Below, in pieces: positions 29,980-41,195 of a stretch of DNA of 64,000 nt. The notes beneath the pieces are model-generated. The model made no database searches, was not told the origin of the DNA, and saw only the letters and a program-made list of their open reading frames with translations. The stretch covers positions 2,406 to 66,405 of the forward strand of contig CALXMU010000001.1 in assembly GCA_944389555.1 (NCBI GenBank), written 5' to 3'. The translations under genes were made by a program, and so were the position numbers. This DNA is from an uncultured Alphaproteobacteria bacterium. Lineage in GTDB: Bacteria; Pseudomonadota; Alphaproteobacteria; Rs-D84. Numbering within the stretch: position 1 is the stretch's first letter; each line of letters starts with the position of its first letter.

Positions 29980-30576
29980 TTACAATAAGCAAGCCAACGT
30001 TGCACTGGTATTTTTAAGCATGAACCAACCGATACGATAATCCGTAGAATAAACCGTTACCAAGAACAATGCTAATATAGCAATTACTATTATTACATTA
30101 CTACGTTTACCGCGCATGCAGTAAAGCGCAATGTTATAGAACAAGAATAACACATATGCATCTACCAGCAGGCTAATTATCCACATTGATGTGCAATTAA
30201 ACGCCAACGCATTCAGCACCAAGACAACTGGATAAATAAAGAATACAGAAGCAAGCCCCTTTATTGCAATTTCCCAATCGCGTTCACCGCCTGTTATTTC
30301 AGAAACCAACATCATCAGACCGCCGAATACGAATAACAAAGCAACTGCCAGAACGGGAACTATTATCAACGCTGTAAACACAGCCCCGATAGTAATGGTT
30401 GCCCCACCTAACAACTTTAATAACAATACTAAGCAGCCGCCAAGTAAACCATATATAAACGCCTTTAACATAGATTCTTCCATGTTACCGTCTGCAACAA
30501 TTTTAGTAAAATAGCGTTTCGGGTTTATCAATAAATCTTTCAGACGCTTTAAGCCCTTTTTGATTTTCTTCATCAT
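29980..30576 (-). CDS. YIP1-family membrane protein
   Basis: LLINPKRYF..I motif followed by about five TM helices, with GG in the loop. Confidence 0.75.
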   Translation of the reverse strand: MMKKIKKGLKRLKDLLINPKRYFTKIVADGNMEESMLKAFIYGLLGGCLVLLLKLLGGATITIGAVFTALIIVPVLAVALLFVFGGLMMLVSEITGGERDWEIAIKGLASVFFIYPVVLVLNALAFNCTSMWIISLLVDAYVLFLFYNIALYCMRGKRSNVIIVIAILALFLVTVYSTDYRIGWFMLKNTSATLACLL

Positions 30577-30630
30577 TTTTACCCCCAATTTGATTATTTA
30601 TATTTTTGCTTTATAATAAAAAAAAAATCA

Positions 30631-31980
30631 ATGGAAAAAGTTATGCTGAAACTAACAATTGCGGGTCGACCGAATACAGGAAAATCTACATTATTTAACG
30701 CCCTAACGGGAACGCGTGACGCGCTAGTTCACGACCGGCCAGGGGTTACACGCGACACAATTAGCGGCGTTTTACGGGAACGCAATTGGACTATTTTTGA
30801 TACAGCCGGACTGGAAACCGCTAAATCTGGTATTGCGGCGGACTCTACAAATATGGCTTTAGAGGCAATCTCTTCTTCCGACGCGGTTTTATTTGTGGTT
30901 GATGGACGCGTTGGTTTAACTCCTGCCGACATTGAATGGGCACGCCTGGTTCGCAGAAAAACAAAAGCGCCTGTATTACTATTAGCAAACAAATCCGAAT
31001 CCGGTAAACGTATGGCGGACGTCCACGAATTTTATAAACTGGGTTTTGGTGAACCTTTTCTAATTTCTGCAGAACATAAAACCGGTTTTGAACAAATATA
31101 TGATTTTTTAGACAAAATCGCACCGGACGCGCAAAAAAGTGAAGCGGACAATGCCATACCGCAAAAATTAAAAATCGCTATTATGGGTCAACCAAACGTT
31201 GGTAAATCAACATTAGTAAATAAAGTACTGGGCGAAAAACGTCAAATCGTCATTGACGCCCCCGGTATTACGCGCGATACGATAAAAATACCAACTAAAT
31301 TTTATGGGCGAGATATTGTTTTAATGGATACGGCGGGATTACGTCGTAAGGCAGGCGTTACAGACGATGTAGAAACATTATCTGCCTTAAAATCACTAGA
31401 CGCGATTGAAAAAGCCGACGTTGTTATATTGGTCGTTGATGCAACTAAAAACATAGAAAATCAGGCTCTTGGCATTGCTGCACGCGTTTATGACGCAGGT
31501 AAGATTCTTTGCGTAGCGCTTAACAAATGGGATTTAGTTGAACCTGAACTTCGCGATGACAAGTTATTAAAACTAAAACATCAATTCACGAATTCGTTTC
31601 ATCAGATAATAAAACCCATAATTTTGGCTATATCTGCAGAAACGGGTACCGGTGTTCAAAATATGTTTCGTCGTATATATGAGCAATGGGACATATCTAA
31701 CTCAGATGCGCCGACAAGCCTGATCAATCGCATCATTGAAAAGTTGGTAGAAGCACGGCACCCCCCTATGTCTCGTTTGAAACGCCCAATGAAAATAAAG
31801 TTTGCTCGTCAAACCGGCAGACATCCTATGAAAATAACGATAAACGTTGGCGGCGCATCAGACATTCCAGAGTCGTATACAAGATATTTACGACGCGGGT
31901 TAGCAGAAGCACTACATTGGGAACACCTGCCCGTTGTTATAGAATACAAAAAAGACGAAAACCCTTTTGATGAAAAATAA
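30631..31980 (+). CDS. der: Ribosome biogenesis GTPase Der (EngA)
   Basis: Two G domains (GRPNTGKS, GQPNVGKS, DTAGL, NKWD) plus a KH-like domain. Confidence 0.96.
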   Translation: MEKVMLKLTIAGRPNTGKSTLFNALTGTRDALVHDRPGVTRDTISGVLRERNWTIFDTAGLETAKSGIAADSTNMALEAISSSDAVLFVVDGRVGLTPADIEWARLVRRKTKAPVLLLANKSESGKRMADVHEFYKLGFGEPFLISAEHKTGFEQIYDFLDKIAPDAQKSEADNAIPQKLKIAIMGQPNVGKSTLVNKVLGEKRQIVIDAPGITRDTIKIPTKFYGRDIVLMDTAGLRRKAGVTDDVETLSALKSLDAIEKADVVILVVDATKNIENQALGIAARVYDAGKILCVALNKWDLVEPELRDDKLLKLKHQFTNSFHQIIKPIILAISAETGTGVQNMFRRIYEQWDISNSDAPTSLINRIIEKLVEARHPPMSRLKRPMKIKFARQTGRHPMKITINVGGASDIPESYTRYLRRGLAEALHWEHLPVVIEYKKDENPFDEK

Positions 31981-32010
31981 AAAACACCGGCAAATACCGG
32001 TGTTTTTTTA
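31979..32010. terminator. Bidirectional intrinsic terminator
   Basis: AAAAAACACCGG-CAAATA-CCGGTGTTTTTT. Confidence 0.85.
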
Positions 32011-32020
32011 CAAAGTTAAA

Positions 32021-34414
32021 TTATAACTTTGCACGAACCTCTTCTACTTCATAGCATTCAACGCGGTCACCTTCTTTCAGGTCGTTATATTTATCAAACG
32101 ACATACCGAATTCGACCCCTGCGCCAGATACTTCTTTTACCTCATTCTTTTCACGACGTAACTCTCCGATTTTACCGTCGTAAATGACAACATTATTACG
32201 CAATAAGCGGACAAACGCATCTTTCTTTATAACACCCTCACTAACACGGCAACCGGCGACACGAATACCCTTACCAACCGTGAATAATGCGATTACATCA
32301 GCATAACCTATAAAGTTTTCCTTTCTTTCGGGTGCTAATTTACCAGACAGAATTTCTTTTATTTCATCCGTTATACGATATACAACGCTGTGATACCTAA
32401 TATCCACCCCAGAAGCGCGCGCCATATCACGAACCATTGCGTCTGCACGAACATTAAAAGCAATTATTACCGCACCAGATGCCGCCGCCAAACGAATGTC
32501 TCCTTCGGTAATTTGTCCAACACCCGAAGAAAGAACCTCGACAGCAACTTTGTCTGTATTTATTTCTTTTAACATATCATTAATTGCTTCAACGCTGCCC
32601 TGAACGTCTGCCCGTAATACGATAGGCAATACTAACTTCTTGCTTTCATCACGTTTAGCAAACAATTCTTGTAAAGAAGAACGCTTAACAGCATTCGCTC
32701 TATCTTTTGCCTTTTGCGTACGATAGGCTGCGACTTCACGTGCCTGAGCCTCTGTTTCCATAACATGCAATTCATCACCTGCGCTTGGCACAGAATCCAA
32801 CCCTAACACTACTGCTGGTTGTCCTGGTTTTACAGACTTTACACGCTCACCAGCAGAATTTATCAAACCACGTACACGACCAAACGTTTCACCTACGACA
32901 AAAACGTCACCGATAGCCAAAGTACCTTGACGCATCAATATCGTAGCAGTAGCCCCAAGACCGCGTTCCATCTTTGCTTCAACGACATAAGCAACCGCAG
33001 GCATATCTGGATCCGCCTTTAAGTCCATTATACCGGCTTGCAATAAAATGGCTTCTTCTAACTTCTCTAAACCTATATGCTTTGTCGCAGAAATTTCAAC
33101 GCATTGAACATCGCCGCCTAAATCTTCAACCTGAACCTCTTGTTGTAATAAATCCGTCTTTACGCGTTGAGGGTCTGCATCAGGTAAATCAATTTTGTTT
33201 ATTGCAACAATAAAAGGAACTTTTGCTGCCCGTATGTGATTTATCGCTTCTATCGTCTGGGGCATAATAGAATCATTAGCGGCAACAACTAACACAACAA
33301 TATCTGCGATTTGAGCACCACGTGCACGCATTGCTGTAAACGTTTCATGTCCCGGCGTGTCCAAAAACGTTATCATCGCCCCGGATTTAGTCTTTACATC
33401 ATACGCAGAAATGTGTTGAGTAATACCACCAGCTTCACGCGCTGCAACGTTTGCGTGACGAAACGCATCAAGCAACGATGTTTTACCATGGTCAACGTGC
33501 CCCACAACTGTTACAACAGGTGAACGAGGTTGTAAATGCGCAGGGTCTGGTTGACGTTCTAACTGATCAGCATAAGGTTTTACGTCTACGCGTTTTACTT
33601 TCGCCCCAAATTCACCGGCAATAAGTTCCGCCGTATCCGCATCAATTGACTGATTCTGAGAAACCATCATTCCCATTTCCATCAATTTCTTAATCACGTT
33701 ACCAACTTTTTCTGCCATTGCCGCCGCTAAATCTTTAACTGTAATCGTATCCCCTAACGTGACAACGTGTTCCACTTTCTGCGGAGCTGTAAATATAGCG
33801 CGAGCCTTTTCACGAAAACGTTTCAAAGACGCCTCTGAACGACGACGGTTTGCACCACGCAAAGCAATTTCGTCATCGTCATCGTCACCACCTATAACAA
33901 TATCATGTAGTGATATTTTCCCAGATTTTTTGAAATCTTTTTTAGAATTACCGAATTTTGACGAGCGCCCCATATCTAAATCTTCGTCATCACGGTTTTG
34001 CCGAGCCTTTGCTTGCGGTGCAGAATACTGCTTTTTCTGCCCGCCAGAATTTGTTTTTTCTGCGGGCATAACGGGCGCATCATCTACGATGCTTTCCCGT
34101 GCGGCCAATTGTTCTTTTACCTGTTCGTATTCACGGTTTTCACGAGCAATTTCTGCCTCTCGTGCAGCACGTTGCGCCGCTTCTTCCGCAGCACGTTTTT
34201 GACGCTCTTCTTCACGGGCACGCGCCGCTTCTAATACAGCACGCAATTTTTCGTCCGCAGCACTTTTCGGTGCAGCCGGCGTAATAGGTTCTTCACGCAA
34301 CTCTTTACTGCCAGGTGCAACAACACGACGACGGCGTTCAACGAACACCGCGTCGCCTTTTTTGCTTTGAACCGCGTCTATTGTTACAGATTTTCCAAGT
34401 GTCAATGTCGCCAT
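32021..34414 (-). CDS. infB: Translation initiation factor IF-2
   Basis: GHVDHGKTSLLD, EAGGITQHI, DTPGHE, NKID. Confidence 0.97.
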   Translation of the reverse strand: MATLTLGKSVTIDAVQSKKGDAVFVERRRRVVAPGSKELREEPITPAAPKSAADEKLRAVLEAARAREEERQKRAAEEAAQRAAREAEIARENREYEQVKEQLAARESIVDDAPVMPAEKTNSGGQKKQYSAPQAKARQNRDDEDLDMGRSSKFGNSKKDFKKSGKISLHDIVIGGDDDDDEIALRGANRRRSEASLKRFREKARAIFTAPQKVEHVVTLGDTITVKDLAAAMAEKVGNVIKKLMEMGMMVSQNQSIDADTAELIAGEFGAKVKRVDVKPYADQLERQPDPAHLQPRSPVVTVVGHVDHGKTSLLDAFRHANVAAREAGGITQHISAYDVKTKSGAMITFLDTPGHETFTAMRARGAQIADIVVLVVAANDSIMPQTIEAINHIRAAKVPFIVAINKIDLPDADPQRVKTDLLQQEVQVEDLGGDVQCVEISATKHIGLEKLEEAILLQAGIMDLKADPDMPAVAYVVEAKMERGLGATATILMRQGTLAIGDVFVVGETFGRVRGLINSAGERVKSVKPGQPAVVLGLDSVPSAGDELHVMETEAQAREVAAYRTQKAKDRANAVKRSSLQELFAKRDESKKLVLPIVLRADVQGSVEAINDMLKEINTDKVAVEVLSSGVGQITEGDIRLAAASGAVIIAFNVRADAMVRDMARASGVDIRYHSVVYRITDEIKEILSGKLAPERKENFIGYADVIALFTVGKGIRVAGCRVSEGVIKKDAFVRLLRNNVVIYDGKIGELRREKNEVKEVSGAGVEFGMSFDKYNDLKEGDRVECYEVEEVRAKL

Positions 34415-34434
34415 AAAACGTACTCCGTTAAATA

Positions 34435-35973
34435 TTATTCTTCACCCTGAGTAATACCATAAGCCAATTCACGGGCCTTCATAATAACACGCCCAGCCAA
34501 ACGTTGACTCATCGTGTCTTCACCTAAGATTTCAATCAATTCATCCGTAGATAAATCCGCCAAATCTTCCAAAGACTTTATTCCGGCCTTGCCCAATTGC
34601 ATTATAATAGGACGTTTTATAAAATCAAACTCTAACAAATCGTCCTTCATACCCAATTTATGTCCTTCCTCTTTATATTGCTCTTCTTGACGAGTTAAAT
34701 ATGATTTAGCACGATTCTGCAATTCTGCCGCCAACTCAGCGTTAAAGCCTTCGATACCCTGTAATTCAGACGCATCAACAAAAGCAATTTCTTCAATCGT
34801 TCTAAAACCTTCGGTAATTAACAAGTGCGCCAACATTTCGTCTACGTCCAGTGCACTTATAAATAATTCTGTCTTTTCTTTGACTTCTTTTGCCCGACGT
34901 TCTTGTTCTTCGGCTTCGTTCATAACGTCAATGTTCCAGCCTGTCAATTGAGACGCTAAACGAACGTTCTGCCCACGACGACCAATTGCCAAAGATTGTT
35001 GGTCTTCGTTCACGACAACCGCTGCACTGCGTGTATCTTCATCAACAATGATTTTAGCAACTTTTGCAGGCTGCATGGCGTTTACGATGAATACAGCCGG
35101 GTCATCTGAATACAAAATCACGTCAATCTTTTCACCATGACATTCATTTATAACTGGCTGAATACGAGTTCCTTTTATACCAACCGTCATACCAACAGCG
35201 TCTATAGAAGGATCCTGCGTTTCAACCGCTATCTTCGCGTGGCTACCTGGAGCCCGAGCAACAGATTTAATTTTAATAATCCCTTCATAAATCTCTGGCA
35301 CTTCTTGAACGAACAATTTTTCCATAAACATAGGATGTGTACGAGTCAAGAAAATCTGAGGTCCAGAATTAGAGCGCGCAACGTCCATAATTAAAGCGCG
35401 AACACGATCACCAACCGCCAAACGTTCACCTGGTATCAATTCTGTGCTTTTAATATACCCTTCGGCCTTGCCATTTATGTCAACGAACACGTTACCAAAC
35501 TCAATACGTTTAACAACACCGCTGACGATATCACCAATATTATCTTTGAATTCTTCATATTGACGACCTTTTTCTGCGTCACGAACGCGTGCCGTCATAA
35601 TTTGTTTCGCCGTCTGAAACGCCATACGACCAAATTCTGGTTCTGGTAACGGGTCTTCTACAACATCACCGACCTTAGGATCTTTTGCATATTTTTTTGC
35701 TTTTTCAATCGTTAACATCGTATTTGCGTCGTATTCATCACCCTTAGATTCAGGAGATTCAATGACCTCAAACAAACGCTTTACGTGAATTGCACCGTTT
35801 TTACGGTCAATTTCTGCCGTTATATTAAATTCTTCACCATATTTATGTTTCGCAATTTTCGCTATGGCGGCTTCTAATGAATCAATAACTATTTCACGGT
35901 CAATTTGCTTTTCCTGAGCCAACGAATCAATCGCCAGTAACAAATCTTGACGGGGCATAGAAACAAAAGACAT
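34435..35973 (-). CDS. nusA: Transcription termination/antitermination factor NusA
   Basis: AGGAG RBS before ATG 35973; FGRMAFQTAKQ, S1 domain, KH domains, AIGRRGQNVRLASQL and C-terminal acidic repeats. Confidence 0.96.
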   Translation of the reverse strand: MSFVSMPRQDLLLAIDSLAQEKQIDREIVIDSLEAAIAKIAKHKYGEEFNITAEIDRKNGAIHVKRLFEVIESPESKGDEYDANTMLTIEKAKKYAKDPKVGDVVEDPLPEPEFGRMAFQTAKQIMTARVRDAEKGRQYEEFKDNIGDIVSGVVKRIEFGNVFVDINGKAEGYIKSTELIPGERLAVGDRVRALIMDVARSNSGPQIFLTRTHPMFMEKLFVQEVPEIYEGIIKIKSVARAPGSHAKIAVETQDPSIDAVGMTVGIKGTRIQPVINECHGEKIDVILYSDDPAVFIVNAMQPAKVAKIIVDEDTRSAAVVVNEDQQSLAIGRRGQNVRLASQLTGWNIDVMNEAEEQERRAKEVKEKTELFISALDVDEMLAHLLITEGFRTIEEIAFVDASELQGIEGFNAELAAELQNRAKSYLTRQEEQYKEEGHKLGMKDDLLEFDFIKRPIIMQLGKAGIKSLEDLADLSTDELIEILGEDTMSQRLAGRVIMKARELAYGITQGEE

Positions 35974-36013
35974 CTGCGTTCTCCTTCTATTTGTTTTTTT
36001 ATGTCTCTTTATC

Positions 36014-36096
36014 AAAAGAGCGGGGTTTTTCAACCCCGCCCTTAAAAAATCTTTTAAGAACATCAATATTATGTATTCCGAATCGAGTAAATGCAA
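36014..36096 (-). promoter_or_regulatory. nusA promoter and leader attenuator hairpin
   Basis: TTGCAT-17-CATAAT (36096-36068), then a GCGGGGTT/AACCCCGC hairpin followed by TCTTTT. Confidence 0.6.
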
Positions 36097-36184
36097 GAAA
36101 ATTCTGCAACTTATACCAATTTATACTTAATTACATATTAAATAAGATTTGACGCTATGGGTTTTGGGCTTTATACTTCGAAAT

Positions 36185-37243
36185 ATGAAAATAATAAACA
36201 GATATTTCGCGCGCCAATTGGTCGTTATATTTATTATGCTATTGCTGGTATTGACCGGCTTGGCGTGGATGTTGCAAATCATGTCCATGATGAAGTTTCT
36301 GTTAAATTATGGCGTGGACCTACTTAGTTTCATCGGTATGACTATGCTAATGATACCTTTCATCATATCAATCATCATACCGTTCGTAACATTCATAGCC
36401 ATCATTTTCGTATATAACAAAATGATTTCGGATAACGAAGTAACCGTTATGGCTGCATCGGGTTTATCACCAAAACAACTGGCTCGCCCGGCTTTGAGCC
36501 TTGCTATTATATTGATGATATTACATTTCATATTAAATGTTTGGATAGTTCCTCAAAGTCAATCTTTATTCTATGCAACTCAATGGAATCTACGATATGG
36601 TTTAGCTCATTTGAAGTTGCAAGAATCCGCCTTTACAAAACTAGCCGATGGTTTGGTTGTATACGTAGACAAAGTTTCTGGTCATGATTTAAGCCAACTG
36701 ATGCTATCTGATATGCGGGATGAGGCATCACCAGTAACAATATTTGCAGAAAAAGGTAAATTGGTCTCAACAGAACGTGGTCTATCTATCGTTATGTCAA
36801 ATGGATCTCTGCAAACTAAGGGGGAAACTTTAACAACGGGTACTTTTGATACCTTTGATATGGATTTAAACGTAGAAGATAAAGACGGGGAAAATTCTTT
36901 CCGGGTACGTCGCGTACCAACGGGATTATTGCTACGTTCAGTTCTAGATTCTCCGTCAGAGAAACAGCATAAAATGGTATTAGCCGAATTAAGCACAAGA
37001 TTTTTTGGTCCAATTATGAACTTAATACTTGCTGCTTTATGCGCAACCATTTTATTAAAGTCGTCGCTGCTGCGTCGTCGGGCAAGTCTTGCACCTGCTT
37101 TGGCAGTCGCAGCAATGGCGGTGGTAATGTCTTTATATATGTCAACTTCTAATATGATAAGCAGTTTGACAGAATTTATTTTATTGCTATTGGCGATATT
37201 GGTAACCTTAGGTGGAATATTACTAGTACTATTTAAAAAATGA
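36185..37243 (+). CDS. lptF: LPS export ABC permease LptF/LptG family
   Basis: IINRYF, DNEVTVMAASGLS, six TM helices with a periplasmic jellyroll domain. Confidence 0.85.
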   Translation: MKIINRYFARQLVVIFIMLLLVLTGLAWMLQIMSMMKFLLNYGVDLLSFIGMTMLMIPFIISIIIPFVTFIAIIFVYNKMISDNEVTVMAASGLSPKQLARPALSLAIILMILHFILNVWIVPQSQSLFYATQWNLRYGLAHLKLQESAFTKLADGLVVYVDKVSGHDLSQLMLSDMRDEASPVTIFAEKGKLVSTERGLSIVMSNGSLQTKGETLTTGTFDTFDMDLNVEDKDGENSFRVRRVPTGLLLRSVLDSPSEKQHKMVLAELSTRFFGPIMNLILAALCATILLKSSLLRRRASLAPALAVAAMAVVMSLYMSTSNMISSLTEFILLLLAILVTLGGILLVLFKK

Positions 37244-39252
37244 AAAAACTTACCACTATTTTGATGTGCTCTTTTATTCCCGGTATCGCTTATGCCGTTG
37301 CTCTTGATACAGAAACACCAAAAACCATAACATCAGAAAAAATTGAATATAACGTAAAAACAGAAACCATTAAAACATCTGGTGAAACAGAAATAGTAAA
37401 TCAAACAGGTCAAAGAATGACTTTGACAGATTCTTATATTTCACCAGACGGAGAAAGCCTTTCGGGAAATGATATAAAGTTATGGTTGGGCGACCATGTA
37501 TACATTGAATCTGACAACATCGTTCGCGAAGGTGTTAAAACTATTGCATATGACTCTCTATTCACAGCCTGTCAAGATTGTGATCCATATGGAAACGCTT
37601 GGGAAATAACCGCTAAGAAAATAATACATAACGAAGATACACATATGCTGAGATTCTTTAACCCTGTATTATGGACTTATGATATTCCTGTTATGTGGTT
37701 ACCTTTTTACCAAATGCCTGACCCAAGCGTAAAATATAAAACGGGTTTTTTAATGCCTGACTTTGAATCCACTAATAATATGGGAACACAGATAAACGTT
37801 CCGTTTTATATAAACTTTTCTGACACGCATGATTTAACTGTAACCGCATCATACCTGACGCAAGAAAATCCTTTATTCCAGATAGAACATCGTCTAAATA
37901 TGGATCACTCTGAATATCGTACTCATGGCGCCTTTACCCGCAATAAAGACGGGGAAAATCGTTGGTACATATTTAACGATGATGTAATTCAGTTAGGTGA
38001 ATATGCGCGGGCATCTGTTTTCTTAGAACGGGCATCGGATAAAACGTTCTTGCAGAAATATGGTTTCTATGATGATCAACCATATTTGGATTCTGGGGCA
38101 AAATTAGAGGTATTCGGTCAATCTAGTTATGTGGTTGCAGACGCCCATATATTCCAAGAACTTCGTCGTTCAACGGGAATTTATGCGGCTCCATCAGGTA
38201 ACATATTGCCTAATATACGAGGAACATATCAAACTGCCCCTATATTCAAAGAAACATATCTTACTTTTGACGCGGACGTTTTAGGAATTTCTGGTGACGG
38301 GACTTCGTCACAACGTCTAATTGGTGACGCCAGAATAGTATCCCCATGGACGCTGTGGGGTGGAAATAGAATAACTGCCAGCGTATCTGCACGTTATGAT
38401 GTTTATAATTTTTATAAATCTGAAATGATAGATACCTCTGAATTTTCTGGCTTAAAAGACAGATTTTTACCAAGTGGGTATGTAGAATGGGGCTTACCGT
38501 TATTCAAAACTACGTCTAATTGGACACAAGTTATAGAACCTAAAGCCAGATTTACTGTTATGCAAAAAACAGACGATGAACAATTTACGTTAAATAACGA
38601 TTCTGCAGGTACGTTCTTATCTGATACAACGCTGTTTTCTGACAATCGCTTTGCAGGTTTAGACTTATGGGAAAACGGTACTTATGCTGACTATGGTGTG
38701 CGTTATTCTGCTTTTAATACGAAAGGTAAAACCTTTGAATTATTCTTAGGTCAAACGTATGATTTTTATGACCGTGCAGACACCAACCCAAATAGCGGAT
38801 TTCACAACGGCGCATCTGATTACGTTGGAAGAATCAGTTACAATAATAATAAATGGTTAAATTTTGCAACCCGTTTCAGAATTGACCAAGAGAACTTTTC
38901 GCTACAACATTTAGAAACCTCTGCATATTTACGCAAAGGTAAGAACTTCATAAACATCGGTCACATATGGTCGCAACAATTCATTGATGAGTATACTGTT
39001 GGTGACGATATAAACGAAATAAATGCTGGGGTAGGTGTACAACTAAGTGAACGTTGGTCTGTACGTTTTAATGCGGTCTATAACGCAACGTACGATAGAT
39101 TCCAGCGCCATACAGGTGGTATATTCTATACCCACCCCTGTTACTACTTATCTTTGCAATATCGTCGTGATAACGCGGTAAAATACGATTACGTAGGTAA
39201 TACTACTTTCCAATTCAAATTCGGTATGAGCATCAACGGTCAAAAATATTAA
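37240..39252 (+). CDS. lptD: LPS assembly protein LptD
   Basis: FTAC..C...WEI.A, PDPSVKYKTGFL.P, IEPKA, LFSDNRFAGLD, C-terminal Cys. Confidence 0.92.
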   Translation: MKKLTTILMCSFIPGIAYAVALDTETPKTITSEKIEYNVKTETIKTSGETEIVNQTGQRMTLTDSYISPDGESLSGNDIKLWLGDHVYIESDNIVREGVKTIAYDSLFTACQDCDPYGNAWEITAKKIIHNEDTHMLRFFNPVLWTYDIPVMWLPFYQMPDPSVKYKTGFLMPDFESTNNMGTQINVPFYINFSDTHDLTVTASYLTQENPLFQIEHRLNMDHSEYRTHGAFTRNKDGENRWYIFNDDVIQLGEYARASVFLERASDKTFLQKYGFYDDQPYLDSGAKLEVFGQSSYVVADAHIFQELRRSTGIYAAPSGNILPNIRGTYQTAPIFKETYLTFDADVLGISGDGTSSQRLIGDARIVSPWTLWGGNRITASVSARYDVYNFYKSEMIDTSEFSGLKDRFLPSGYVEWGLPLFKTTSNWTQVIEPKARFTVMQKTDDEQFTLNNDSAGTFLSDTTLFSDNRFAGLDLWENGTYADYGVRYSAFNTKGKTFELFLGQTYDFYDRADTNPNSGFHNGASDYVGRISYNNNKWLNFATRFRIDQENFSLQHLETSAYLRKGKNFINIGHIWSQQFIDEYTVGDDINEINAGVGVQLSERWSVRFNAVYNATYDRFQRHTGGIFYTHPCYYLSLQYRRDNAVKYDYVGNTTFQFKFGMSINGQKY

Positions 39253-39270
39253 CGCAAAGGAAGGAATTAT

Positions 39271-40092
39271 ATGAGAAAACTATTTATGATTATAATATCT
39301 GCGGTTCTTGCATTTCCGGCACATGCGGCATCAGTCGTAGCGTCTGTAAACGGAACGCCCATAACAGATGCTGATATAACGGCTCGTACAACTTTAATGA
39401 ATAAACAAGGCAATTCATCTACGAACAACCGTCGCGTGGCTTTACAAAACATTATAGATGACAGCGTAAAATTGGCTTACGCCCAAAACTTTAACGCCGT
39501 ACCAGATGATGAAGCCGTTGAAAAAGAATTAAAGAAAATGAATTTAGGTACTTTGTCTGAAACGGAAAAGGCAATGGCCATGTCTGCTATGAGAGCCGAA
39601 ATCGCTTGGCAGATAATAGTTGCCAGAACCATTCTTCCAACCGTTGACGTTACAGATGCTGATATTGCCGCAGAACGCGCAGAAATTGCTAAGGAACAAG
39701 GTTTGCCAATTGAAATGACACTTATACGTCTAGTTGATATACCTGCTGATGTGGCAACAAAACTTACGAAACCGAATAGTTGTGATGATGCTTTACAAAT
39801 GGCTCGTAATTTAGGTGGAATGCCACAAAAGTTTACGGCTTTACAATATGAACTTGCCCCAGAAATTCGTGAACGCGTTGCAAATTTACCTAAACTTACT
39901 TGGTCTCCGGTCGTAGACCGCTCTGTATTACTGGTATGCGATACAAAAAAAACATCTGAGTATGGTAAGTTAGACGACATGATTGAACAGAATGCTTTAT
40001 TCAAACAAGCAATGTTCATTGCAGATCAACAGCTAAAACAACTTCGTCGTAAAGCCGTAGTTGTAATAAACGATGATAGATATAAATTATGA
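39271..40092 (+). CDS. surA: SurA-like periplasmic chaperone
   Basis: VASVNGTPITDADI..R N-domain, C-terminal LKQLRRKAVV; follows lptD. Confidence 0.8.
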   Translation: MRKLFMIIISAVLAFPAHAASVVASVNGTPITDADITARTTLMNKQGNSSTNNRRVALQNIIDDSVKLAYAQNFNAVPDDEAVEKELKKMNLGTLSETEKAMAMSAMRAEIAWQIIVARTILPTVDVTDADIAAERAEIAKEQGLPIEMTLIRLVDIPADVATKLTKPNSCDDALQMARNLGGMPQKFTALQYELAPEIRERVANLPKLTWSPVVDRSVLLVCDTKKTSEYGKLDDMIEQNALFKQAMFIADQQLKQLRRKAVVVINDDRYKL

Positions 40093-41195
40093 AACCTGTG
40101 TTATTCAATTTTACAGACACCGAGTTAGTCGAATTTATGACAGAACTTGGGCAACCTAAATTTAGAGCAAATCAAGTAAAAGAATGGTTAAATCGTGGCG
40201 CCCCAAGTTTTAACGTCATGAAAAATCTGCCAGAAAATCTAAGGTACGATTTAGATGAACGGGCTCAGACCCTGCCCGTACGCATAGTAAAAAAATTAGA
40301 ATCGTCAGACGGGCAAACGACTAAATTTTTATTGGAGCTGAATGACGCAGAACAAATAGAATGCGTTCTTATGCGTACAAGTTACGGAAATAGCGTTTGC
40401 GTCAGTTCTCAGGCCGGTTGCGCAATGGGATGTAAATTCTGTGCCAGTACTTTGTTAGGGTTAAAAAGAAACCTGACTGTAAATGAAATATATTCACAAA
40501 TTCTGGTAGCGCAATGGGAATTACGGAACGACAAATTTTCCGATCGCCCAATTCGTCCAAACGGTGACGCCAATAATGATGATGTATCACATATAGTAAT
40601 AATGGGAACGGGAGAGCCTTTACAAAACGTTGAAAACGTCATTGGTTTTATAGAAAAAGCAAATTCAGATATGGGAATAGGTTGGCGAAAAATAACCGTT
40701 TCTACGTGTGGCATTGTACCTGGTATAAAAGAATTAACAAAATGGGGGCGCCCAATAAACTTGGCAATATCATTGCATGCGCCAACAAACGAATTACGCA
40801 GTCAAATAATGCCGATAAATAACAAATATAAGTTAGAAGAAGTGCTTAATGCGGCATTTGAATTCTCAGACCTGCACAACCGTCAATTGATGATAGAATA
40901 TATATTACTCGGCAAGAAAGCGCAAAACGGAGAAACAGAACTATTTAATTGCACATCAGAATATGCAGAAAAATTATCGTTATTGTTAAAAAACAAAAAC
41001 TGTATGGTAAATCTAATACCTTGGAATGCCGTTGACGAACGCGATTTTGCCGCACCATCTGGAAATGCGGTACATAGATTTCAAGATACTTTGATTAAAA
41101 ATGGTATTCATACCAGAATACGTCGTGAACGCGGTCAGGATATAGGGAGTGCCTGCGGTCAATTACGTCTAAATAATGCGAAGGGGAAAAAATGA
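40089..41195 (+). CDS. rlmN: 23S rRNA/tRNA m2A methyltransferase
   Basis: CVSSQAGCAMGCKFC, MGTGEPL, ISLHAP, NLIPWN, ACGQL. Confidence 0.96.
   Translation: MKPVLFNFTDTELVEFMTELGQPKFRANQVKEWLNRGAPSFNVMKNLPENLRYDLDERAQTLPVRIVKKLESSDGQTTKFLLELNDAEQIECVLMRTSYGNSVCVSSQAGCAMGCKFCASTLLGLKRNLTVNEIYSQILVAQWELRNDKFSDRPIRPNGDANNDDVSHIVIMGTGEPLQNVENVIGFIEKANSDMGIGWRKITVSTCGIVPGIKELTKWGRPINLAISLHAPTNELRSQIMPINNKYKLEEVLNAAFEFSDLHNRQLMIEYILLGKKAQNGETELFNCTSEYAEKLSLLLKNKNCMVNLIPWNAVDERDFAAPSGNAVHRFQDTLIKNGIHTRIRRERGQDIGSACGQLRLNNAKGKK

Noticed and set aside
28541-30576. Intact prophage
   Set aside because: Only two phage-like genes are present, with no integrase, head or lysis genes and no visible att repeats.
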